From the NCBI GenBank assembly GCA_022813865.1, contig JALDZX010000025.1, positions 1-64,000 on the forward strand: a DNA stretch of 64,000 nt, in the 5' to 3' direction. The notes beneath the pieces are model-generated. The model was given only the letters and a program-made list of their open reading frames with translations. It had not been told where the DNA came from and made no database searches. The stretch is from Xylographa opegraphella (Eukaryota). Position 1 is the first letter of the stretch. Every line of letters begins with the position of its first letter. Positions 1 through 17,194 of this stretch are shown piece by piece. The position numbers and the translations under genes were made by a program.

Positions 1-66
1 ATCGTCCACCTAAAGCTTACGTTCTAGGCGTGCTTGTGTGGTGAGTTGATGAGCCGTAACACTCAG

Positions 67-210
67 CAAAAAAATAATCAATTATAATTCATTATAATCG
101 ATTACTTTTTCAGTAATCGTAATCGATTTTGATTACAAAAAAAATAATCAAAATCGATTACTTTTATTCGATTATAATCGAATACACCTGATTTTGATTA
201 CGATTTTGAC
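67..210. repeat. AT-rich array of AATCGATT/GATTAC/GTAATC motifs with palindromes; possible non-autonomous transposon end
   Basis: Repeated AATCGATT, GATTAC and TAATC words, plus a perfect 20-bp palindrome TATTCGATTATAATCGAATA at 165-184. There is an abrupt switch to GC-rich sequence after about 212. Confidence 0.5.
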
Positions 211-979
211 TACAGGGCCCCTTGCTTTGCCTTTCACGTCGCTCCACCCGGCTAGGCCCCTAGCGTTTCTTCCGCCTCCCGCTCCCGCCCCGTTCCGCTG
301 GGAGGGGGGAGGCCCATTCCACCCCTTTTCACTCCAAAAGCCTTGGGGTCCACGAACAACCCCGTCCCTCCGCCCGCGGTTGTAGTCTTTTGAGGCCTCC
401 ACCGGATTCAACATCAAGGTCCGCGTCTGGCAATCCGCACGGCCCTTGACCCCCTCGCCACCCACGGGCCAACGGGTCATGCCGAATTGGGATCCCACGA
501 GTCCCCAACATCTCCAACGTGGGTTGAGAATGGTCGGGCAGGGCAGTGCGAGCGGAGGAGCAATGGACGATATTGCAGAGGTCATGGAAACAAGACCGGT
601 GCGCTGATGGGGGGTGGGGCCTACGGCAGGAACATAGAGTGGTAGGAGGCTGTGCACCGAGAATGTATATGTCTCGTGCAAGGTTAGTCCGTGATGACGG
701 CGATGGCAGCGGGTGTACAATCAGCAAGGCAGGGTTGCACTACGTTGATGGAGCACGAGTCGAGGAAATTATTTCAAACCCATGTAGTACATTATATCAT
801 TCGCACGGTACCTGTCAACTACAGACCAGCCATTGGGCCGAAAGAACTCTCCCCTCAACCAAGCCCGTATGAAAAGGATACAGACCACATACAACCAACC
901 AGATATATGGAAGGAAGAATACCACCACAAACCCACGACGCCCGCAACCCTCATGTATACCTTCATGAACACCACCACG

Positions 980-5188
<4,209 letters not shown>

Positions 5189-8100
5189 ATGGCGCATAAA
5201 AGGAGAATGTCGGCAATGTCGCCAGAGGTCGAGGAGCCCACCGATCCCGACGATGAGTTGATGTTCCTGTGCCTCGGGGGAGGGAACGAGGTTGGTCGCT
5301 CATGTCACATCATTCAGTACAAGGGAAAAACTGTAATGGTTAGTTCTTCATACTCTATCTTTGAGAAAGTAGCTCATTATGTGCCCTCGAAGTTAGACGC
5401 CGGCGCACATCCAGCCTTCCATGGGTTGGCCTCCCTGCCATACTTTGACGAGTTCGATCTCAGCACAGTAGATATCCTTCTAATAAGCCAGTATGTTATC
5501 ATCCTCTCCTTGTTTAGAGACCCTTGTCTCTATCGCGCGGATGAGATGCGTCGATTACGAGAATATGCGACACCTGTGCAGCTGGACAAGTGGCTTGGAA
5601 GCCGGAGTGCTCTGCAGGTGGAGATTTGCTTCAAGCCTGAATCTGAGGCGGACTGCTCTATCTCGTTGCTTGTTTATGCTGCAAATCGGGACTATGTATA
5701 CCAGCCTGCAAATACTATTACGCTTCACATCATCCAGTTCCATGTGCTGCATTCGCCGTGATCAATATTCCATTGAATTTTGTAATATGGAGAAATGTTT
5801 ACATGTGGAAGCACAATATACATGCCCCGTCTGGCGATCATGCAACACTGTTTACACAATATACATAGCTGACCGATCTGCAACCAGCTTCCACATTGAT
5901 CATGCAGCTTCATTACCATATGTGCTTGCGAAAACAAACTTTCGAGGCCGCGTATTCATGACCCATCCAACCAAAGCCATCTACAAATGGCTCATACTTG
6001 ATAGCGTTCGCGTGAGGTATAGAACGACACCATCCCTAATTTGACAAGCAATGAGTTGACCCATATTGTTGTAGCAATACATCATCGTCCTCAGAACTAC
6101 CAACTCAGCTCTACACTGAAGCAGATCATTTGTCCACGTTTCCGCGAATTGAAGCGATAGATTACTACACCACTCACACTATATCGTCTATACGTGTTAC
6201 TCCTTATCCTGCTGGGCATGTGCTCGGTGCTGCTATGTTTCTGATTGAAATTGCCGGGTTGAAAATCCTCTTCACTGGCGATTATTCAAGAGAGAACGAT
6301 CGGCATCTAGTCTCTGCGGAAGTCCCCAAGAATGTCAAGGTTGATGTACTTATCACCGAAAGTACTTATGGCATTGCCTCGCACATCCCACGGGTAGAGC
6401 GAGAAGCTGCTTTGATGAAAAGTATCACCAGTATACTCAACCGAGGTGGCAGAGTCCTCATGCCAGTATTTGCTCTCGGGCGCGCTCAGGAATTGTTACT
6501 CATACTCGATGAGTATTGGGCTCGACACCCAGAGTATCACAAGGTCCCAATATACTATGCATCAAATCTAGCCAAAAAGTGCATGGTTGTGTATCAGACA
6601 TACGTCGGTGCTATGAATGACAACATCAAGCGCTTATTTCGTGAGCGAATGGCAGAAGCAGAAGAGAGTGGAGACGTCAGCAAGGGTGGTCCATGGGACT
6701 TTCGCCATGTCCGATGGCTCAAGAATCTTGAACGTTTCGATGATGTTGGTGGATGCGTGGTACTCGCCAGCCCTGGTATGATGCAGAACGGCATCAGTCG
6801 AAATTTGCTAGAACGATGGGCGCCCAGCGATAGAAACGGGGTTGTCATTACTGGCTATAGTGTGGAAGGTACAATGGCAAAAACAATAATGCAAGAGCCT
6901 GAAAGTATCCCGGCAATCATGGGCAACAGAAGCGGAGGAGCAATAATGAGATCTCGAGGGCCAGGTGGCGACGGTGGTCCAGACACTCCAACAATACCGA
7001 GAAGATGTAGCGTGGAGGAGTTCAGCTTTGCGGCGCATGTTGATGGGGTTGAGAATCGGGAGTTCATTGAAGATATCGCTGCGCCTGTCGTTGTGCGTAA
7101 ACTTTCTTCCGACGGGCACTTTCAGTTTGTATTGAATCGCGCTAACGACTCGCTAGATATTGGTGCATGGGGAGAAACATAATATGATGCGCCTCAAGTC
7201 CAAACTTTTATCACTCAATGCAGACAAGACAACGAAGACAAAAATCTTTAGCCCAGCCAACACAGAAGAGCTACGGATACCTTTCAAGGTCGAAAAGACC
7301 GCCAAAGTCGTCGGGAAGCTCGCCCAGACAGCGCCCCCCATTTCGAACCATCCGGATGATGGGCAAGTAATTACCGGCGTTCTTGTACAAAACGATTTCA
7401 AGCTCTCGCTTATGGCTCCGGAAGATCTACGGGAGTATGCTGGTTTGACCACTACCACGATCATGTGCAAGCAGAGAATTACTCTGGGTGCCGCTGGCAT
7501 CGAACTTATCAGATGGGCTTTGGAAGGCACTTTTGGCTCTATCGAGGAGATCGGACCAAATGCACACCTCAAAGCGAACGGCACGACTAGAACTAATGGT
7601 ATTGTAAATCATAAGGATACGGACGAAGAAATCGTCAGACAGCACAAATCAATAGCATTCCTTGTTATGGGCTGTGTTATTGTTCAATACCAGGCTGGTG
7701 GAGAGATCACGATCGAGTGGGAAGGTAATGTGCTCAACGACGGGATAGCAGATGCTGTGATGGCAGTCCTTTTCTCGGTTGAAAGCAGCCCAGCAGCAGT
7801 AAAACGTAAGTCTGAGCACTTGAAGCCCGAAGCAACGTAACTGAAAAATCTAGAATCGGCAAAGCTTCATGAACACAGCCATGGTCAGGATTTGCGGAAT
7901 CCTCACGCAAATATCACCCCAGAAGAACGATTATCGCGGCTCTGTATGTTTCTTGAGGCACAATTCGGACCTTCCATAAGTCCCATCAGCAAGCCGAAGT
8001 TAGCAATCAAAAGCGAAGCAGCTCTTAAGAATCGCCTCGTCCCAAACGGCCTCAAGGATAACTCTGGTAGTAGTGAGTCAGACGAGGATGGGATTGAAGA

Positions 8101-8317
8101 CCATGCAGAGCTTGAAGCGGAGGAATTGGAAAGGCTTCATAGATTGGGTATACCTGTGCCTGGATTGGAGATCAGGGTCGACAAATATGTTGCCAAAGTC
8201 TGGCTGGAGACGTTGGAAGTTGAGTGCAATTATACAGTATTACGAGACCGGGTGAAGGCTGTGGTGGAGAGGGCAGTAGAGACAGTGGCACCACTTTGGG
8301 GACGCGAAAACCTGTGA
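5189..8317 (+). CDS. YSH1: Pre-mRNA 3'-end endonuclease Ysh1/CPSF73 (MBL-beta-CASP); exons about 5189-5338, 5393-5490, 5888-6016, 6075-7092, 7157-7805, 7854-8317
   Basis: [17 protein letters not shown] (HxHxDH, reconstituted across intron 2), [16 protein letters not shown] and FAAHVD motifs. GT-AG introns keep the frame. Confidence 0.95.
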
Positions 8318-9174
8318 TGTAAGGTCACGATGTTCGTGCCGGTATCGGCCCTCAGTTCGATAGTATTTCACACAGCTGAAGTAATGTCGATGCTGTAGTC
8401 GCTGCACAAATATCTGGGCGCGGGAAGCGCTGTGGACGTGCAGCCGCCGATAGTTGGGGTTACCACACTCATAGACAGCCCGGTAGGCCAATTGGGATAG
8501 ACAGGACTCCGGAAGGACCGAGCCTACTATTTTGCGTATTAGCGCTACGCCCCAACGCTTGATTCACTTTGTACTGCATGTAGCATGGCAGCATAGAACA
8601 CAGGTAGCATGCCGTAGGTACCGTGTGTCAAAAGGCTTACCATACCCTTTAGCGGCGATCAATCCAGTGGTAATATTAATAAGGTACTGTCTGAGGGGCC
8701 CGGCTAAGTCACAAGGAGATATGTAACGCCGAACCTGTCGAGACGAGAACCTGTATCATGAGTGAAGTAACGACCCACGTTCCACAGTTCACCTCAACTC
8801 AGGCCGAAGACGTTTCCAATCCTGGGCCAATACGCTACGGGTACTAATCTACTCTCCTAGACAGATACACCATCTTGTAGCAATGAACGATCTTCGTGTA
8901 TGAAGAGTCAAGGTCCAACAGTTTTGACGTCCTCCAGCAGACTCCGCCTTTTTCGACACTGACGCGCACCCTCCACCCCTCAACTTCATCCTCTACGTAC
9001 CCTAAAATATCTGGCGGTGTCCAACTCCATGGTTATGCTCTACTCCTTCTCGTTCGTCGCATTCATGGCAGTTTAACCCGGCTCCACAACAAAATATCCC
9101 GCAAAGCGAACAAACTCGGTGTGGGAAGGCTAAAGGCAATTGACGTTCTCAAAGTTAGACGTCGTCCATTCACC

Positions 9175-11424
9175 ATGTCTACACCTTCTACTGCTACTGC
9201 AACTCTCCCACCACATCACGGCTATTATGGCTACTCGAATCACCAGGCATACCAGTCCAACGCCAGTCTTCATACTGGCCAGGGTTCGTCACGCCTCGCT
9301 CCTTCTCAGCGAAACACCGACTACACAGATGAATACTATCCGGAACTCAGTCTAGCACCCTCTAGGAACGCAATGAAGGCAAAGCAACCTGCCAATACAG
9401 GCACTTCGGACTCGACGCCTGCAGCACACCAGTTGAAACGAGAGCGACGACCAGACTGGCACGAGTTCTATAAGAACGGCCCACCGAAGGAAATAATTGT
9501 TATTGACGATGATTCTCCACCCCCGCCGACAAGAATAGAGAACGAAATGCTACAGTATGCAGGTCATAGCGGATTGAGCAATGGCGGCCCTTCCGAACAT
9601 GCCAGTAAAAAGCGGAAAACAGGTTATGATGCTGTACCGGTCCGGCATCAGGCTTCATACTCTCACACGAATACTCCTAACTATGCAGGTTCCGGGTCAG
9701 ACACCATTTCCACGGATCGAACCACATCTTTGCAGACAACCGCCCCTACATCATTAGGTTCACACAGTGGCGGAAGCGGCGGTGCTTATGCTGAAAGTGG
9801 GCCCGTTGGGCAGAAGCGGAAGCGTGTGACCCGACAAACAACAGCAGATGAAAAGAAGCGGAAAGAGATCGAAGATGTTGGTGACGCCTACAGCTCTTAT
9901 GTTCCTCCACCGAAACCACCTATCAAAGCCAAAGAGGTCTTTGTACAGACGGTCAAAGACGTCAGTCCTTCCGTCGAGCCTGAGTACATAATGCTGACAT
10001 GTCTACAGTGTCTGCCATTTCTACAGAAAGTTGACGACGAGGATGGGCATTTTATCGTAGTGGATAAGACAGATCTCACTGAGCGATGTACATTTCACCC
10101 ACACTTCGTCTCCAATGATTTTCTCATGAACATAGATACTGATCCTTCTCACAGATCAAGTCCAGAAATTACTCGGGCAAGGAACCTTCGGAAAGGTTGT
10201 TGAGGCTTATGACAAGCGAAAAAGAACGAGGTGTGCTATCAAGATCATTCGATCGGTACAAAAATATCGGGACGCTTCTAGAATTGAGCTTAGAGTCCTT
10301 TCTACGCTGTCACAAAATGACAAGGAGAACCGGAATAAGTGTATACATTTGCGCGACTGCTTCGACTTTCGGAATCACATATGTATTGTGACCGATCTTC
10401 TTGGTCAAAGTGTTTTTGACTTCCTGAAGGCAAATCAGTTTGTTCCATTTCCAAGCAGTCAAATACAGAGCTTTGCCCGTCAGCTGCTAACTAGTGTTGC
10501 TTGTGAGCCAACCTTGCTATCCCTTTGTCTTATCTAACAGCTAACAAATTGTCAGTCCTTCATGACCTGAATCTAATCCACACCGATCTGAAACCGGAGA
10601 ACATACTGTTGGTGCATAGCAGTTACCAAACGTTCACCTACAATAGACAAATTCCGACATCATCAACCACAAATCAGAGGACGGCCCGGCAACGAAGGGT
10701 CTTGCTTGATACGGAGATAAGACTGATCGACTTTGGCTCAGCTACATTTGACGATGAGTATCATTCATCCGTCGTCTCAACCCGGCATTATCGAGCACCC
10801 GAAATCATACTGAACCTTGGATGGAGCTATCCTTGCGACATATGGAGCATTGGGTGCATACTTGTTGAGTTTTTTACTGGCGATGCTCTTTTCCAAACTC
10901 ATGATAACTTGGAACATCTTGCGATGATGGAAAGTGTATGTGGTGGCAAGATCGACACTAAGCTCGTTCGAGCTGTAATGAGCAATGGCAGAGGAAGCTC
11001 TAACCAGGCTGCTAAGTATGAATTTTTATTCTATTTTAGTTGCCGATCACTGACATCTAGTAGGTACTTTAGGAACCTGAAGCTTGATTACCCTGGCAAA
11101 GACACAACAAAAGCTTCCAAGAAGTATGTTAACGCTATGAAAGTGCTTCCTGTAAGTCGCTAACAGGCTTTAATCGTCCCAATTACTCTTATACTAAGCC
11201 ATTTATAGGACATTATTCCTCCATCGACAGTGTTCAATAAATTATTCCTAGATCTCCTTCGGAAAATATTCGTATACGACCCTAACAAGCGTATTACCGC
11301 TAAAGATGCACTGAAGCATGCATGGTTCCGAGAGAGCCTCATCGATGATGGGACCGAGGCTGCTCGGCTTCGGCGCGAGCGGGAAGCTGGCATTCAGCCC
11401 GTCGAAACCAATGCGTATCGGTGA
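9175..11424 (+). CDS. LKH1: LAMMER/CLK-family dual-specificity protein kinase (Lkh1/Kns1), 6 exons
   Basis: [33 protein letters not shown] and the EHLAMME signature. Introns at about 9961-10008, 10088-10153, 10503-10555, 11016-11062 and 11152-11208. Confidence 0.92.
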
Positions 11425-14203
11425 CCCTGGGCCCGAGGGCAGACCGGACGAGGGTCACCCGAGAGCGGACTGCAGAAAAAAGGCAACAATGCCCTTCGGT
11501 AATGAAGTAACAAGATTCTGCGGAGGCGGAAATCGAAATGTGGCCCGCTGCATCATGACTCTGTGCATAATGGGTGACGCTTTGTAGCCGTACGAGTGGA
11601 AATGAAACGGGTCCCGGAATGGGTGACAATGTCTGCCCCCTTTGTTGCAATACCATCTAGGGGCGTTGGAGGGTCGATCTACTCAATGGGACTGCTCCGC
11701 TGGTGAGGAAAATGGGTAATACGAAATGGTATGTCTATAGGATGGAGACTTGTGACTATGATTAATGCAACTGGATGCCATCACACTTACATGCTTCTCT
11801 GATCGCGGTCCAACAAATGGGTCACAGTCTTCTCAGTGGCGTATTCCAACGAATTCCACTTCGCCGTTTATAGGAAAACTGATTTTAGCACACGACTTCC
11901 AACAGGAACGTCCTGATATCATATTGTTCAGCTTGCTCACTGCACCACGTATCCGCTCCTATATGCACTTCCGCATTTGGAGGCTGCTTCGGCAATTCCG
12001 AAATGCAGACAAGCATGTAAGCGTCTCCCCTGTACGTATTTTGTATGAATCGAAGGGGTACCCGATCCTGATAACTGCCTTCTAAATGCGGCAGAGCGAC
12101 TCGCCATCAAGCTTCATGCTCTGTGTGTTCTCTAAACATATTCGTCGGGATATATATACACGTTGGCTGGCAACAAGGACTGCTGTACCTGTGGAACCAC
12201 TGTCCTAGAGATATAGTACACCCAACTGGCAAGAGACTCGTCGTTCCGCGGAATGTTAGTACATATGTTTCTGGAGAATACCTTAATTCACGACTTCTGG
12301 CCAGTATCTTTCTGCTCGATTCTCAGACATACGTCCACAGTCTCTTAGCATGGTGAATTACCACACCAGCGATCATTGTTCTGAGTTTAATTGTAGGACC
12401 GTTCAATTGCCTCGCAGAGCTCGACATGTCATCTCAGTATAGTGGATATGCTTCGGGCATATATCATATACTAATCATATAATTTACTGACATCAGCAAC
12501 GCTCCGCTATACATTACATCGTCGAGCAGCATACTTGAGATTCTGTGATTCCTTTATTTCTGACTAGGCCCGCCAGTTAGATTCATGTACTCAACCAATC
12601 TCCATGTCATATCTCTGCAAGCAATTCTCACTGTCATGTCAAAGGAGCCAGTTGGTTCTCTGAACGAAGAGGCAATACATTGAATATAAACGCCACTTCC
12701 CCAAAGGAACGCCCGTTACTCACGAATTCAGTGTTAAGCCTTGTCTGCCGTACTGAAATATGGGGAGACCCAAAATGAAGCAGCCTGTCTTTAAGTCTGT
12801 TGAGAATCGTACCGACATACCGGGGCCACCCGGTCTCAGCGCACATAAAAAGAGCGGCTCATACTACCTTTCACCCAGCGCTTGTCGGTAGCCGCGTGAA
12901 CGAAATCTCCAAGGATAAGCAGGCTATAGTGATCGATGAAGACATACTCAGAGACTGAAAGCTCTCAAGACTCGAAGTGGCGGAGCCTCGAACATCATTT
13001 GCACTCCGCACCGTGCAGCTAATTACAACAAGACTGTGCCAGAACTGAGTCTGTAAATTCTGCTAGTGACGAAACTGTGTTCTGCTGCAATAGTTTCACG
13101 CAGTCCAACATCTTTGTGGATAGGGCTTTCTCAAACTTCACCGGCATCATCGTCTTGAATTTGGAGGCTACCTTTGCAGATTATTTTGAAACTTGTCAGT
13201 ATCAGATTCCCAGGATGATGACAATACGGAAACGTGGTGGATACGCAAAAGCCCGCAGATGTCCTGGAGTTATGAATCTTGAGGACTCGACAATAACATG
13301 TAATTGACAGGAGGGTAGTGACAGAGTATGCCTGGACTCAAAACTCTCGCTGCTTGATAGCGCGTAAAGGATGGTGTTGATGTCTCGTAGGCGACTGCAT
13401 TTAATCCATGAAGACTTCCACAATATTACACTCTCCTATCAAGAGTCAATTTTGCGATACTTCATTTGCCAGCTTTCCGGTTTGGATAATGTATCCCCTG
13501 AGAATTCTGCATTTATGCCGCCGCACAATCGAAACTCCTAGTCTCAAACTGCCACAAACAATGGAAGATAGGTGCTCTGACTTGCGCGAGGTGCTATCTA
13601 ATGGTAATTACAAGTCTACGATCTCTAAAGGACACTGGATAAAAGACCCGTGACTTGGTATTCGTTTGTTGCACCCTACGTGAATTGTGTCTTGGTGCTG
13701 GATCAGTGCAAGCATTTCAGAACAGGAGGGTCTCGGTGATGTGTAATCGTCTGTGAATTGATCTTCAGGTAGACATGATTGCGATTTGGTGTGTGACTGC
13801 GAGTCGTTTATGATATGGAATAGAATTCATACCAAGATTTCGCCAATGCATAGCTCGAACAGGAATTGGTGAGATGCCTACCCGGGCATTGATGCGCTGA
13901 TAAGCCAAGTAGATAGTTAAGCTGGTATATTATTTTAATATGGGTCTAGGAGACATCAATACTTCACGGAAGGCTATCTCGTACTAATTCAAGTACATAA
14001 TTGTCAACGATTTACCATTTAGGGTTCTGGCTAATCACATGATATCGGAGAAGTACTAAGCTCTGCTCCGTGCCTACAACAGTTTAGACCTCATCGATGC
14101 TAACGGCTTGTGTCAACTGTCACGAAATTTGAAGATTCAACAACAAGGCAACGATTTCCAAATATAAACCAGGACCTCTGCCGCTGGTAAAGAGGTAGTC
14201 ACG

Positions 14204-15505
14204 ATGTCGGCATCCCTGCCAGGCAGTCGCGACTTGCCCGCTTCGCAGTATGACCTTAGTACCTATTGGGGACGAGTGAAGCAGTCTGCAGAGATCTCAG
14301 ATCCGAGGTAAGGAGACCGACATCGTCTCACCAATGCTGGTGTGGTAGATCTAGGGCAAATGCTAGCCTTTCACCCCGAGGTCCCCATACTGATGAAGAG
14401 AGATCCTAGAACACTGTTCGTCTCTTCTGCAGGTCTCGAAAATGCAAAGAAGCTTGTCTCATCGTATAAGCAAGGTCAAACTAAGTCCATGACACCAGAG
14501 CTATGGCAGGCCAAGAAGATAGTAGACTCGACCCTCCACCCTGGTGGGTCCCTTTCGTTCAGAGCCATTGAGCGCACTGACTAATTTTCAGATACTGGCG
14601 AGCCCGTTATTCTCCCATTCCGCATGTCCTGCTTTGTAATCTCCAATCTGATTGTCACTGCTGGCATGCTCACACCAAACCTCCAAGTACATCTCCCTCG
14701 TTGTAATCAACGGCATCATTGAACCCTACTTTACCACAAGCTAATGGCACTCCAAGACAACAGGCACTCTCCTCTGGCAGATCACCAACCAATCTCTTAA
14801 TGTAGCTATCAACTCAGCCAACGCGAACAAATCCAGCCCCCTCGCTATCTCGAATCTCGTACAATCCTATCTTATTGCCGTTTCCGCTTCCTGTTCCGTT
14901 GCGCTCGGGCTTAAAGCGCTTGTTCCCCGTATAAGGCGTGTCTCTCCTGCTACAAAAGTGATACTTCAGCGCCTTGTACCATTCGCAGCGGTTGCTTCGG
15001 CCGGCGCACTTAACGTCTTTCTCATGCGGGGTGAAGAGATCCGGAGAGGTATCGATATATATCCTATGTTAAGCGAGGAAGAGATAATGAGGAAGGGACA
15101 AGACGACATAGAGACGAAAAGCCTTGGAAAGAGTAAAAAGGCGGCGACATTGGCGGTAGCAGAGACAGCATTGAGCCGTGTTCTTAACTCAACGCCTATC
15201 ATGGTGCTACCGCCGTTGATACTAGTGCGGTTGCAACGCATGGAATGGCTGCGGAGCCGGCCACGACTGACATTACCTGTCAACCTAGGTATTGCTACCC
15301 ATACCCGGAAGAGAAGAATGCTGCTATTGTTATCTATTGCTGAATAGTATCTGTAGGACTGATATTAACAACCTCGATCTTCGCTCTACCCCTCGCCTTG
15401 GCATCCTTCCCACAGAGGCAGGCAGTGCAAGCCCAGAGCTTGGAGGAAGAATTTTGGGACAAGGGAGGTGAAGGAGGAAAGGTAGAGTTCAATCGGGGAA
15501 TATAG
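14204..15505 (+). CDS. FSF1: Sideroflexin-family mitochondrial transporter (Fsf1), multi-exon
   Basis: YDLSTYWGRV...SDPR, LWQAKKIVDSTLHPDTGEP..LPFRMS, WQITNQSLNVAIN, RLVPFAAVASAG, C-terminal FNRGI*. Confidence 0.9.
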
Positions 15506-17173
15506 ATAAGTTGGAAACGGCGGCCTTGCTATGTATATAAGCTTAGGATACCTGATGATTTGCACATGTAATGTGTAGGAGGAATATACCACACTTGCAA
15601 CTTTGGGAGCTCACTACTAATATATTGTATAGACTTACTCAGCAATCCTGATACGAATTGAAGTTGTCTACCACTTCTTTCTCCTCACTGTGTGAACCCA
15701 AAAGATGCTGCATGCCTTTCACCTCCATGATCAGACTCGACGTGGTTCACAAAACCAGCGCTGGGGTTATGTACGCACTTCCCTGAGTTAAGCACCTCCA
15801 GCGCCGCTTTGGTTATCAAAGTGCGTTGGTGAGCTAGTCGTTCTTAACGACAGGGCGTTCAGGAAGCCGCCTCTCCGTCATGACTGACAGTCGTCCAGTA
15901 TGCATGCTCACAGAGTCACGGATGCTCGAGGAGCAATGTCTCTCAGGCTTCCGATCCTGCTTTGTGGTTCGCACTTCGCTATCTACTATCATTTTACTGT
16001 CTATGCAGATCTTTGAGATAAGCGAAATGTGCAAACTTATCGAATGCCTGGTAAGGCATGTTGTTCAAGGGGATAGAAGGGGCTTGGAGCTTGATAGGAG
16101 ATGCGAGGCAAGGGCATGAGGTAAGCCAACTCTTCAGACTGCCTTCACGGAAAAATCTGTCAGAATGTGGTAGAATAAGGAGAAATGGCACCACGCATTT
16201 GTTTTCAGATAAGGATGTATAGGTACCGTATCCGGCAAGCTTCTCGTACCCAGGGCCAACTATACAAAACTACATAGGAAGAGATTCAATATGATTTCAG
16301 CGAATGTTGGATAAAGATCGCACGCTCCGGTTTCAACGACGATCGTACTTCTGTCATATGAAAGGCGCAGTTCCAAATGGCTGCTTTTAATGGCGGTCGC
16401 GGGCTACGCTGGTAGTATACTATATAAGGCGGTGCACAGTTCTGCTTTGTGTCGCTTTCATGGATTGTACAATGCTCTAACATCAACAGGTTTTTTAACA
16501 TCATTGTGAGATCGACCACGGTAGTTAAGCCTCGGCGGAAATAGCTTCCACTCTTGCCAACAGTGGTCTACTTTCCTGTTCTTGCTGGAGTGTGTCTCTT
16601 ATTGTGATACTGAAGATACTATAAGATCGGCGATTCAATTCGATAAAGCAAGACTTCTCTTTGTGTTTCGTATAAGGATAAGAGATCGGTAAGCACCAAC
16701 GGGTCCACGATATGCTCCTATGGCTCTATCTATATAGCCACGTTGGTGGAGTTGCTGTTTGGAAAGTTCTTCACCACCTTATCCGGGGGGGAGGTGCCAA
16801 ACCTCGAGGCCGTTGACGGAGAGTCCTAAGCGGGAAGGCGAGGGAGTGTAAATAGTGCGGTGCCCATCCATCAGAATTGCATAGGACAGTAGCAGGAATA
16901 AAACACATTTGTGAAAACGGTACAACGGATATGTGATGGTCAGCAATTCACTCGATAGACGCGCCTCGTACATTTAACAAGGCCGCGGCATTCGATTAGC
17001 AAGGGTTGAAGTAGCATAGCACAATAGTAGAGACGACCGTTTATCACGGCCAATCATTGTTCCTGCTGGCACAGGCAGCCTCATGTGTGCCTTACCAGGG
17101 CCGAATGACCCGCTGCAAAACACTCAGAAATTCATGTCCTTGCGGAACGCCATTCCAAGCAGCATGCATGCGC

Positions 17174-17187
17174 AAAAAAAAGCAAAA
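17174..17187 (-). terminator. RNA polymerase III oligo-T terminator of the tRNA-Arg gene
   Basis: The minus strand reads TTTTGCTTTTTTTT (T4 then T8), starting 8 nt after the tRNA discriminator base. Confidence 0.8.
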
Positions 17188-17194
17188 GTCTAAG

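Noticed and set aside
11700..14100. Short ORFs in the LKH1-FSF1 interval (possible gene relic)
   Set aside because: No recognisable motifs or consistent exon chain.
14390..14445. CTGATGA...GAAA resembling a hammerhead ribozyme core
   Set aside because: Stems I and III cannot be formed. CTGAT is better explained as the FSF1 intron branch site, and the rest is coding exon.
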